This document shows positions 56,761 to 64,000 of a DNA stretch of 64,000 bases, piece by piece (within the stretch, counting starts at the first letter, position 1; every line of letters starts with the position of its first letter). The position numbers and the translations under genes are program-made. The DNA is taken from contig CAZQQZ010000001.1 of assembly GCA_964595755.1 (NCBI GenBank), positions 22,228 to 86,227 of the forward strand, read 5' to 3'. The DNA is from an uncultured Candidatus Saccharibacteria bacterium (GTDB lineage Bacteria > Patescibacteriota > WWE3 > CAZQQZ01). Below the pieces are notes generated by a model. That model searched no databases. It was not told the origin of the DNA and saw nothing but the letters and a program-made list of their open reading frames with translations.

Positions 56761-59700
56761 TTATTTTGATAATTGCTCATAAAATTTATTTTTCAGGCAT
56801 TGGGAATTAACGAATTTGGCATCCGAAACTTTGTCTTTAGGAATGTCAATGTTGAAGTAAAGACAAAAGACGAGGTTGTCTATAAAACCTTTAATCCCCT
56901 TTTGCTTATCAAAATCAATGATCGGCAATGATTTTAAATCTTCCAGTAGTATTTGCTTTCTTTCAAAATCTAATTTTTGGTCACCGTAATTCCCGTCAAT
57001 TATCTTTTTGATCAGATCAAGATTATCCTTAATTTGTAGCTTTATCTCTTTGTCATCTTTTATTAAAACCAAACAGCCATCTTTTGTTATAACGTTGTCA
57101 AACTTCTGAACCAACACGTTTGAAAAATCAACAAAATCTGAAAGAGTTAACTCCTCTAAACCGAGTAATTGGCTAGTCTGTTTAATAATTTCGTTCTTGA
57201 TTAGTTGATTTCTTTCATCAATCTTTGGCACACGAACAAACTCTTTTACAGAAGTGGTTGAAATAAGAAAGTTTTTTTCATTTTCGCTTCTTAGGAGGGA
57301 ATTAAGAATTAGAGTTATGGATGAGGAGTTGAGCAAAGCAAAGAGATATAAAACCTCTTTTTCGTTGTCACTTCCTATTGCACAGATTTGATTTCTCGCC
57401 CAGATAACTGGCTGAGTGGTAAAGAAAAACCTACTAGGATTGGCGTATGACCACATCAGTTTAAATTTACTATCTAGCAGGTTATACCCTTGGTTGGCCT
57501 GCCTCAACTTTATGGTATATGACGAATTACCTAAGCGAATGTTTGGCCAATACCCCTTAGACCCTTTAATTGTCCAGAGTGAACTATTTAATTTGGGGTA
57601 GTAATAAAATTCCTCGTTCGGCTCTTCTTTCAACAGCTTACTTTCATCAATGCTATACCCACTATCAAAAAAGAATTTAGTTTTGAATTGGAATTTAGAA
57701 AATGTATGTTCGTAATAGATTGAAATATCCTCAGTAGTTCTCTTGTACTCGTTATAAAAGTCAAGAAATGCTTTGTTTTGCTTAATAAAGTTCCAATTAG
57801 TCACATTTCGTAAAAACTCAGATTGCAATACCATCTTTTTATTGATTTTTTTATTGGCTGAAATGTTTTCTAGCGCGTGCCCTACCTCATCGTCTGAATT
57901 CGCATAGTTGATTATCTCGACATGGTGAAGTGTAGGTGGTAGTTCTCTCCTTATAGCAAAAATCAGGCTCGAGGTAGCTATTGGCTTATTCTGCCTTAAT
58001 CCTCTACCCACAAACATCTTGCCGCTAAATGTAATTATTTTCTCAATCGTGGTAAATTTAGCTAAATGATAGCGAAGAACGTCTAGATCTCCAGCGGTTA
58101 AAAGTGTTTGCGGAATGATATAGCAAAGTCTACCATTATCTTTAAGAAGGGCAAAACCTAATGCAATGAAAAAAGCATAAAGATTGGGGTTAGGACGATA
58201 CTTTTTAGAATTGTCAGGAACACTATGAAGATTCACACCGTAAATATTATTGAGTTTTATTTTGCCACGCTTCATTAACTCAAAGGTCAAAACACTCTGT
58301 TTTGCGCACTCGTTATATCCCACATAAGGCGGGTTACCTATTACAAAGTCAAAACGCCTTCTTGGGCATTCCTGCTGGTTTTCAAGGCTTTTTTTCATTT
58401 CCTCCAAATCGCTTTCCTCTCTGACGTAACTTTTGTATCCTAAATCTAATTTTTGAGAAAAAAGAGGAATTTGATTGGGGGAACGTGCTTTCTTTTGAAA
58501 TTCAACTGTCTGGTCATTAAAAGTATTGCGTAAAGCAGTGTCCATAAACTCAGAAATACTATCTCTAGTGAGGAAAACCTTAATTTTTTTATCAACGGGG
58601 TTGTTATATTTCTCGTTAATTATTTGAGGTAACATTCTCATTAAGATATTCATTTCGGCTAGGTATAGTGGGAACTCGGCAATGTCCAACCCAAAAATAT
58701 TATCATTGATAATTTTCTCGACCTGTTCAGATTTTTCAAAGGAACTGTTGCCAAATGCTTTAAGAACAGAGTCAACAGCGCTGTAGAGGAAAGTCCCGCT
58801 TCCGCAAGATGGATCAATTAATGAAATGCTATTTTTGTCGTCCTGATATCTTTTTTGAAGAGCCTCCGGGGTAAATCCGACTTGTTGTAGCATAAAGTTA
58901 ACAACTGCCGGATCGGTAAAGTATTGCCCCTTTTTTGTGTCCTCATACAACTCCTTAAGATAGTTTTCGTAAATATAACCAAAAATCTCATTCTGGATGT
59001 TAGCGAAGTTATATTTTTTAATAAAAACGAATATATCAAGCCACGGGGCAACATCGTGAAGTTCGTTCTTGGGTTGCCTGTACAAGGCAAGCAAAATCTG
59101 ATTGATGAAATCCTGCTCCTTCTTGAAAGGTCTATAAATATTTTGAGAGATTTTATTTGAGATACCTTCAATAACACCTAAAATCTTACCGTATTGTTTA
59201 ACTTTGAGGCATTCGTGAATCGCTTTAACAATATCTGCAAATTCCTGAACAAAATTATCAAACCCGTTATCAACCAAAGTTTTATACAAAATGAACTGGA
59301 TAACATAAGCGTAAGTAATCTCGACTGCCTTTTTCTCTCTATCTCTTCTGTCCAATCCCTCAAAATATCCCTCAATCTGAAGCTTGTTTTTAAAACTTCT
59401 TATTAGTTTGGTAATATCGTCAAAAAATATCTGCCTATTTTCTTCAACAGGAAGTCTTTCCTCTTTCAAAAGAGTGAGTTGGCTTTGAGGTTCAAAAAAA
59501 GTTAGGTAATAAAACTCCGGCTTGACGTATTCCTTCCAAAATTCAAGGAAAAGATCGGTTTCATTAAAAATTTGGTCTAAGCTAAACTCACGATAAATGT
59601 TGTTGTTGTAAAAACGCCAAGTATAGCCATCCGTTAAAATCCCGTAATGTTTATCGAAATCTTTTTGGTAAGCGATAAGTTGTTTTATACCCGCTTGAAT

Positions 59701-60024
59701 ATTACCGTAACACTCTGCTTCCAAAGGAATAATAATCTCTGGACTAATATAAACAACAAAATCTGCCTTTCGACCTTCCTTTGCTTTATTTTCGTGAATA
59801 TACTCATTTTTTCTTGATTCCAATTTTCTTGAAAGAGAGCCTTCCCTTAAATCAAAGAGCTCTTCGCTTTCAAAAAAAGCTTTGACGAAACTATGAACAC
59901 CCGAGCCAAGCTCTTGGTTTTTATAATATTCCTTTTCTTTACTCCACTTACCTTTTAACTCTTTGATGCTCATATTCCTGTTTCTTTCTTGAAATTGCCT
60001 TTGCCATCGGATTAAGGTTTCCAA
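56761..60024 (-). CDS. Type IIG/IIL restriction-modification enzyme, MmeI-like fused endonuclease-methyltransferase-TRD
   Basis: 1087 aa. Gamma-class N6-adenine MTase motif I LIDPSCGSGTFL and motif IV FDFVIGNPPYVG, matching MmeI FFDPACGCGNFL and ILGNPPFVG. N-terminal GRKADFVVYISPEIIIPLEAECYG aligns with the MmeI PD-ExK region GFVDLFWPGILLIEMK. Long C-terminal TRD-like region. Confidence 0.7.
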   Translation of the reverse strand: METLIRWQRQFQERNRNMSIKELKGKWSKEKEYYKNQELGSGVHSFVKAFFESEELFDLREGSLSRKLESRKNEYIHENKAKEGRKADFVVYISPEIIIPLEAECYGNIQAGIKQLIAYQKDFDKHYGILTDGYTWRFYNNNIYREFSLDQIFNETDLFLEFWKEYVKPEFYYLTFFEPQSQLTLLKEERLPVEENRQIFFDDITKLIRSFKNKLQIEGYFEGLDRRDREKKAVEITYAYVIQFILYKTLVDNGFDNFVQEFADIVKAIHECLKVKQYGKILGVIEGISNKISQNIYRPFKKEQDFINQILLALYRQPKNELHDVAPWLDIFVFIKKYNFANIQNEIFGYIYENYLKELYEDTKKGQYFTDPAVVNFMLQQVGFTPEALQKRYQDDKNSISLIDPSCGSGTFLYSAVDSVLKAFGNSSFEKSEQVEKIINDNIFGLDIAEFPLYLAEMNILMRMLPQIINEKYNNPVDKKIKVFLTRDSISEFMDTALRNTFNDQTVEFQKKARSPNQIPLFSQKLDLGYKSYVREESDLEEMKKSLENQQECPRRRFDFVIGNPPYVGYNECAKQSVLTFELMKRGKIKLNNIYGVNLHSVPDNSKKYRPNPNLYAFFIALGFALLKDNGRLCYIIPQTLLTAGDLDVLRYHLAKFTTIEKIITFSGKMFVGRGLRQNKPIATSSLIFAIRRELPPTLHHVEIINYANSDDEVGHALENISANKKINKKMVLQSEFLRNVTNWNFIKQNKAFLDFYNEYKRTTEDISIYYEHTFSKFQFKTKFFFDSGYSIDESKLLKEEPNEEFYYYPKLNSSLWTIKGSKGYWPNIRLGNSSYTIKLRQANQGYNLLDSKFKLMWSYANPSRFFFTTQPVIWARNQICAIGSDNEKEVLYLFALLNSSSITLILNSLLRSENEKNFLISTTSVKEFVRVPKIDERNQLIKNEIIKQTSQLLGLEELTLSDFVDFSNVLVQKFDNVITKDGCLVLIKDDKEIKLQIKDNLDLIKKIIDGNYGDQKLDFERKQILLEDLKSLPIIDFDKQKGIKGFIDNLVFCLYFNIDIPKDKVSDAKFVNSQCLKNKFYEQLSK

Positions 60025-60212
60025 TCGCGAACTACAATAATTTTATTTTTGGAATCTATTTTGAGGATTACTTTTTGCCTTTCCTTCCAGCCAAACTGAC
60101 GAATAACTTCAATTGGAATGGTGATTCCGTAGGAAATGTTTCCAATTCTAGTTATTTTTCTGATATTCCTATCTTCCAGTTTTTTGTCAGACATAGCTAA
60201 TTTATACCACAC
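60012..60212 (-). CDS. AbrB/MazE/SpoVT-fold (swapped-hairpin) DNA-binding protein; candidate controller of the RM gene
   Basis: IRKITRIGNISYGITIPIEVIRQFGWKERQKVILKIDSKNKIIVVRD matches the looped-hinge helix pattern v.k.G.itIP.eiR..lg...gd.v.i. Its 3-prime end overlaps the RM start codon by 13 nt. The start may instead be the ATG at 60194. Confidence 0.5.
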   Translation of the reverse strand: MWYKLAMSDKKLEDRNIRKITRIGNISYGITIPIEVIRQFGWKERQKVILKIDSKNKIIVVRDWKP

Positions 60213-60218
60213 TTTAAA

Positions 60219-60242
60219 GATTACGTATTCGAATAAGTAATC
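60219..60242. promoter_or_regulatory. 24-bp palindrome GATTACGTATTCGAATAAGTAATC immediately upstream of the AbrB-like gene; candidate operator
   Basis: Lies 7-25 bp upstream of the candidate start codons of the AbrB-like gene; one mismatch from the perfect copy at 56708-56731. Confidence 0.5.
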
Positions 60243-60507
60243 CAGAAAAAACGCTTTATCTTAAGAACAATCACTCCCAGTCTAACAAAATATGTAACTT
60301 AGAAGGGGTATTTATTTCGATAATGATTATTGTGACGTCCCGACGGTTGCTTCAATTTCGAAAAAAGTATCAAAATTGACTTTTCGCTGGTGCCCTCCTG
60401 ATTTTTCGGGGCTACTTATCTAGCCTCTCAAACCTACTTAAGCGACTCCAAACAATCATGAAACAGTTTTGGTGTGTTGAAATTTATGATAATTATCGAA
60501 ATATCTG

Positions 60508-61764
60508 TCATAAGTAACTAAGTAACTTCTCTCCTAAACTAAACGCCTGCTCAATCCCCCTATCCCAAGGCCAGATATGCTCCATTGAAGCAAAATACAA
60601 GTTGTTGCCCAGGTCCATCTTGGGCAAGTTATTTTCGTAACCCACCCGCATAATTGGTTGAGCATATTTTTCCCGGAAAACAAAGGCTTTCTCAATATTT
60701 TTTTCCGAAAAATTCGGCTTTATTTTTTTAATAAAAGAAATCGCCTTATCGACAACTTCTCCATCCGGCAATTTATATTCATCACTACTTATATCTAGGT
60801 AATTTCCTAAATAAACAATATGCTTACCGCTATACTCCTTAGTGTCACGGAAATTCGTATGTTCAACAAGCGCCAAAAAGGGAGAATTCCTGTCATTTAA
60901 GTTTACCCAGTAATAATCAGATATCTTTTCTTTAAGAATTAAAACTGCCGTGCGCGCGCCAATATAAGGAACCTTGGTTACTTTAATCATCTCGCTATCT
61001 CTAAGAAGCAACTCCAATGTTTCAGAGGAACCTGTAAAGACAACTTTGTCAAAGAAATACTCCCCCTTATTTGTCGTGATTTTCCAATTAGACTCATAAG
61101 ACATATTAGTCACTTCTTCATTAAGATGGGCTGAGCCGTCTTTTTTAAGTATTTGTTCAGAAAGAGACTCGAAAAGAGCCTGAGAACCGCCTACAAGATA
61201 GCCTAAATTAGAACTTCGTAGTTTAATTCTCCCCCAAAACCAAACCATAGAAATATCTTCAACAAATGGCCCAAATTTTCCGGACAAAAGCGGTTTCCAA
61301 ACTTCTTCATAAGCTGATTTTCCATAAATTTTAGGGGTAATTTTTGTGGCTTCGTTTTTTGAAAATAATGAAATCCCTAAAGATACCGGGAGAAATTTAA
61401 GAAAAGCGGTCGCTATTCCAAAACGGAGTCGGTCAAACAAACTTAACCGATTGAATTTAAGAATATCGAGTGGAGTAGAAAATGGATAGAATTTCCCTTC
61501 AACAAAATTAGCCGTATTCTGGCCTCTCCAATCAAGCCTGTCCGATAAACCCAGCTCTTTTATCAAAGAGACAACCTTTTCGTCGGTAGAAAAAAAATGA
61601 TGATAAAACTTTTCTAGAGTAAAACCAGCATAGGAAAAACTCCCTGCCAAACCTCCCAAAGTATCCGACTTTTCAAAAAGAGTAACTTTATGTCCGTTTT
61701 TAGAAAGTTTGTAAGCAATGTAAAGGCCTTGAGGACCTCCGCCAACGACCGCGATTTTTGTCAT
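60508..61764 (-). CDS. FAD/NAD(P)-binding oxidoreductase (amine-oxidase/UDP-galactopyranose-mutase-like Rossmann N-terminus)
   Basis: KIAVVGGGPQGLYIAYKLSKNGHKVTLFEKSDTLGGLAGS dinucleotide-binding motif, in a glycan-locus context. Confidence 0.55.
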   Translation of the reverse strand: MTKIAVVGGGPQGLYIAYKLSKNGHKVTLFEKSDTLGGLAGSFSYAGFTLEKFYHHFFSTDEKVVSLIKELGLSDRLDWRGQNTANFVEGKFYPFSTPLDILKFNRLSLFDRLRFGIATAFLKFLPVSLGISLFSKNEATKITPKIYGKSAYEEVWKPLLSGKFGPFVEDISMVWFWGRIKLRSSNLGYLVGGSQALFESLSEQILKKDGSAHLNEEVTNMSYESNWKITTNKGEYFFDKVVFTGSSETLELLLRDSEMIKVTKVPYIGARTAVLILKEKISDYYWVNLNDRNSPFLALVEHTNFRDTKEYSGKHIVYLGNYLDISSDEYKLPDGEVVDKAISFIKKIKPNFSEKNIEKAFVFREKYAQPIMRVGYENNLPKMDLGNNLYFASMEHIWPWDRGIEQAFSLGEKLLSYL

Positions 61765-62483
61765 ACTTTTGGTTTTTGCTGGGAGCTAGAGTAATTTAGG
61801 CGAAAACGGAAGAGCTCCTTGAAAGCTCTGATAATCACTTTGGGCTTCGCTCCCGTACTCCCACCTAGCTTCTCTGGGCTAACAAGATGAATTACCGGTA
61901 GCTCCAAAAAAGTAAATCCAGCATCCTTTGCCTTAATCAAAAGCTCAGCAGAAACCATCGCCCCTTCCGACTGCATTTTGGGAATAGCATCAATCACCTT
62001 TTTGTTGATCAATTTAAAAGCGCAATCAATGTCTCTAACCCTTAAGTTAAACATAGCTCGATTAAGTACATTCCAGAGTTTGGCGTTTAAAACTCGCTTC
62101 CAACCATCGGTCTCCATGCGATTAGTTCTATACCCAAGAATTAAATCCGCTTCTTTTCTCCGATCCCAAAAAACTTGAAATTGGGAAAAATCAAATTGGC
62201 CATCTCCATCACTAAAGAAAATATAATCCCCCGTTGCCCCGTAAAAACCAGACTTTAAAGCCCCACCATAACCGCGATTTGGATGATGGGAAATTACCCT
62301 AACTTTTTTGTTTTTTTCGGATAAACTATTTGCAATCTCCTCCGTTTTATCTCTTGAGCCATCGTTAACCACAATAATCTCGTAATCCGATTCGATTTTT
62401 TCAAGAATCTCGGAGGCATTCGTAACTACCCGCTCAATGTTTAGTTCTTCATTATAAAAAGGAAAAAAGACAGATAATTTCAT
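61761..62483 (-). CDS. glycosyltransferase family 2 (polyprenyl-phosphate glycosyltransferase, DPM1/ArnC-like)
   Basis: LSVFFPFYNEE...IIVVNDGSRDKTEEI...FSDGDGQ (DxD), 240 aa. Confidence 0.75.
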   Translation of the reverse strand: MKLSVFFPFYNEELNIERVVTNASEILEKIESDYEIIVVNDGSRDKTEEIANSLSEKNKKVRVISHHPNRGYGGALKSGFYGATGDYIFFSDGDGQFDFSQFQVFWDRRKEADLILGYRTNRMETDGWKRVLNAKLWNVLNRAMFNLRVRDIDCAFKLINKKVIDAIPKMQSEGAMVSAELLIKAKDAGFTFLELPVIHLVSPEKLGGSTGAKPKVIIRAFKELFRFRLNYSSSQQKPKV

Positions 62484-64000
62484 ATTCTTTCTATGAGTAA
62501 CAAATCGGAAGAAGAAGCAACCACTCGTAAACCCACCTTATCTGAATAAAAGGACTCCTTAAGACTATCATACTTTTCGACGTTAAGAAAAACAAAGGAG
62601 CCTTTATTCCACTTCAAAATCTCCTCTCGTAAAGTCGACTCCTCCACATATTTAAAAGGCACTTCCCCATGATAATCAAGAGTATCTGAAGGCGACATCA
62701 CAATAATATTTGGCAAATTTCCATTGTTATTTATCTTTTCACGAATTCCGATAAGATAAACTTCGTGTTTTAAGACATTTTCTGGAAAAATATAAGTCTT
62801 AAAAATTACTAAAGATAAGAGGGGAAGAAGCAAAGATATAAATGAAAAATTTATTGGCAGAGAAACGGATTTTCGTTTTATATTGCGGGCAAAGATTGCA
62901 CTTATTCCAAACGCGACCAGAAGTATCCCAAATATTAAAAGTGAGTAGGGTAAGCCCAACTTGGTAAATTTTAAAAATACAGGACAAGAAAGAAAAAGAG
63001 CACTTAAAAGCAACGCGAACCTAATATTGAAAAATTTTCTTACGATTACATAGATAAAAAGAGTTGAAATAGAGCCAAAGAAAGCCGACCAAAATCTTGG
63101 AGTGACTGGGTTTATTTGATAAAAAAACATTGCTAAAGACGAAAGCCAGACGTAAATTTGATTTAATCCCATCTTCATTGGGTAATCTACACCTCGATAA
63201 ATCGGAACCCACCAGTGGGCCCAACTTCTCTCCCAATCGCGAAGGACAGATTTAGATAAAACCGCAAAGAAGGCTTCCCGACCGGATAAATTCGCCGCGC
63301 CAATTCCAAAAAAAATAATTAGAAGGGAAAATCCAAAAATAAACATTAGGGGAATAATTTCCCTAAAATCAACCTTTTCTGGCGAGAACTCCTCTTTTTT
63401 GATTTCGCGAGTATCTATAAAAATCAAACGGGCCAAAAAAATTCCGGAAAAAAGAAAAAACCAAAAATAGACAAGATTATATGAGTAAAATATGCCCCCA
63501 ACTAAAATTCCAACCACGCTCGAAATAATTCCTGCGGAAAAAAGTCGGTCATGATTATTCTTTGCTAACTCAACAGATTTGGCTAGCGAATGAACTAAGT
63601 AAAACATAAACCCAAAATATGGCAAAAAACCGAGCAACCCCGTCTCACAAAGCACCTCAAGCCAAATACTGTGAGTGGGAAGACGGACATTCAAAGCGGG
63701 GTCAATTTTGGCGTGAGCCTCTCCGATCGGGGTACCTCTAAAATGCTCATTAAATGAACCATAACCAACGCCAATTAGCGGATTTTTGGTAAATAAATCC
63801 CATTCTCCGGAAAGCAAGAGGCCATGAGCGCTGGTCGATCTTTCCATTGGGTTTATTACGGAAGCGATTCTTTTTACAAAAGAAATGTTTGTTCTAGAAG
63901 ACAGAACAAAAAGCAAGATTAGAATTCCAAAAAGGCCGGCGAAAAGGCTAACTTTTTGGTAATATTTAAATTTAATTAGGTAAGCGACAAAGAAAAAAAT
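62480..64000 (-). CDS. large integral membrane protein with O-antigen-ligase (Wzy_C)-like loop; 5-prime partial at the window edge
   Basis: The frame stays open to position 64000 with no stop upstream of the listed TTG start. The loop motif SAHGLLLSGEWDLFTKNPLIGVGYGSFNEHF and about 10 TM helices are present. Confidence 0.5.
   Translation of the reverse strand: MFFFVAYLIKFKYYQKVSLFAGLFGILILLFVLSSRTNISFVKRIASVINPMERSTSAHGLLLSGEWDLFTKNPLIGVGYGSFNEHFRGTPIGEAHAKIDPALNVRLPTHSIWLEVLCETGLLGFLPYFGFMFYLVHSLAKSVELAKNNHDRLFSAGIISSVVGILVGGIFYSYNLVYFWFFLFSGIFLARLIFIDTREIKKEEFSPEKVDFREIIPLMFIFGFSLLIIFFGIGAANLSGREAFFAVLSKSVLRDWERSWAHWWVPIYRGVDYPMKMGLNQIYVWLSSLAMFFYQINPVTPRFWSAFFGSISTLFIYVIVRKFFNIRFALLLSALFLSCPVFLKFTKLGLPYSLLIFGILLVAFGISAIFARNIKRKSVSLPINFSFISLLLPLLSLVIFKTYIFPENVLKHEVYLIGIREKINNNGNLPNIIVMSPSDTLDYHGEVPFKYVEESTLREEILKWNKGSFVFLNVEKYDSLKESFYSDKVGLRVVASSSDLLLIERI

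Noticed and set aside
56761-60024. BREX PglX-type methyltransferase as an alternative call for the 1087-aa protein
   Set aside because: The N-terminal region aligns with the MmeI nuclease motif region, the MTase motifs match MmeI closely, and no brxA/B/C/L or pglZ genes are nearby.

Overview
This is a low-GC (~38%), tightly packed bacterial chromosome segment. Almost every protein gene is on the minus strand; only four tRNAs, typA, lepB and a few small genes are on the plus strand. Small proteins and trimmed pathways point to a streamlined, probably anaerobic, Patescibacteria/CPR-like organism (inference). That means polA without a 5-prime nuclease domain, a cut-down dcw cluster, anaerobic nrdD/nrdG, gatCAB and no clpP next to a ClpC/E-type ATPase.

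Genes in order:
- A phosphohexomutase, then iscU-iscS.
- An orphan signal-transduction block: a GAF/PAS histidine kinase, a stand-alone receiver and an HTH_17 protein.
- tRNA-Glu and tRNA-Lys bracketing an APH-fold kinase gene, each tRNA followed by the same conserved 3-prime trailer.
- yraN-like, rplS, a clpC/E-like gene, polA, gatC-gatA-(unknown ORF)-gatB, htpX, lemA and polX.
- tRNA-Asp, a LysM gene with a long leader, tRNA-Gly and tRNA-Thr separated by a tRNA 5-prime-half-like fragment, and an Ig-like secreted protein.
- A first glycan locus: O-antigen-ligase-like, GT2 and Wzx.
- tRNA-Val, followed by a decayed island (a truncated beta-class DNA methyltransferase plus an IS256-like transposase remnant).
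- lepB, rpmA-rplU, rodA, ileS, nrdG and typA.
- A PaaX-like regulator bracketed by two copies of a 36-bp nested palindrome, then nrdD.
- A reduced dcw cluster: mraZ-rsmH-ftsL-ftsI-murA-ftsW-murG-ftsQ-ftsA-ftsZ.
- glyQS and recO.
- A second glycan locus: a large membrane-anchored protein, a PglC-like sugar transferase, GT4 x2, class I SAM-MTase x2, an FAD oxidoreductase, GT2 and a partial O-antigen-ligase-like gene. It is interrupted by a palindrome-bounded cassette that encodes an AbrB/MazE-fold small protein and a 1087-aa MmeI-like fused nuclease-methyltransferase (Type IIG/IIL restriction-modification).

A ~55-60 bp intergenic repeat family occurs three to four times.

Nothing was searched or computed, so every call rests on motifs read from the provided translations and the sequence.
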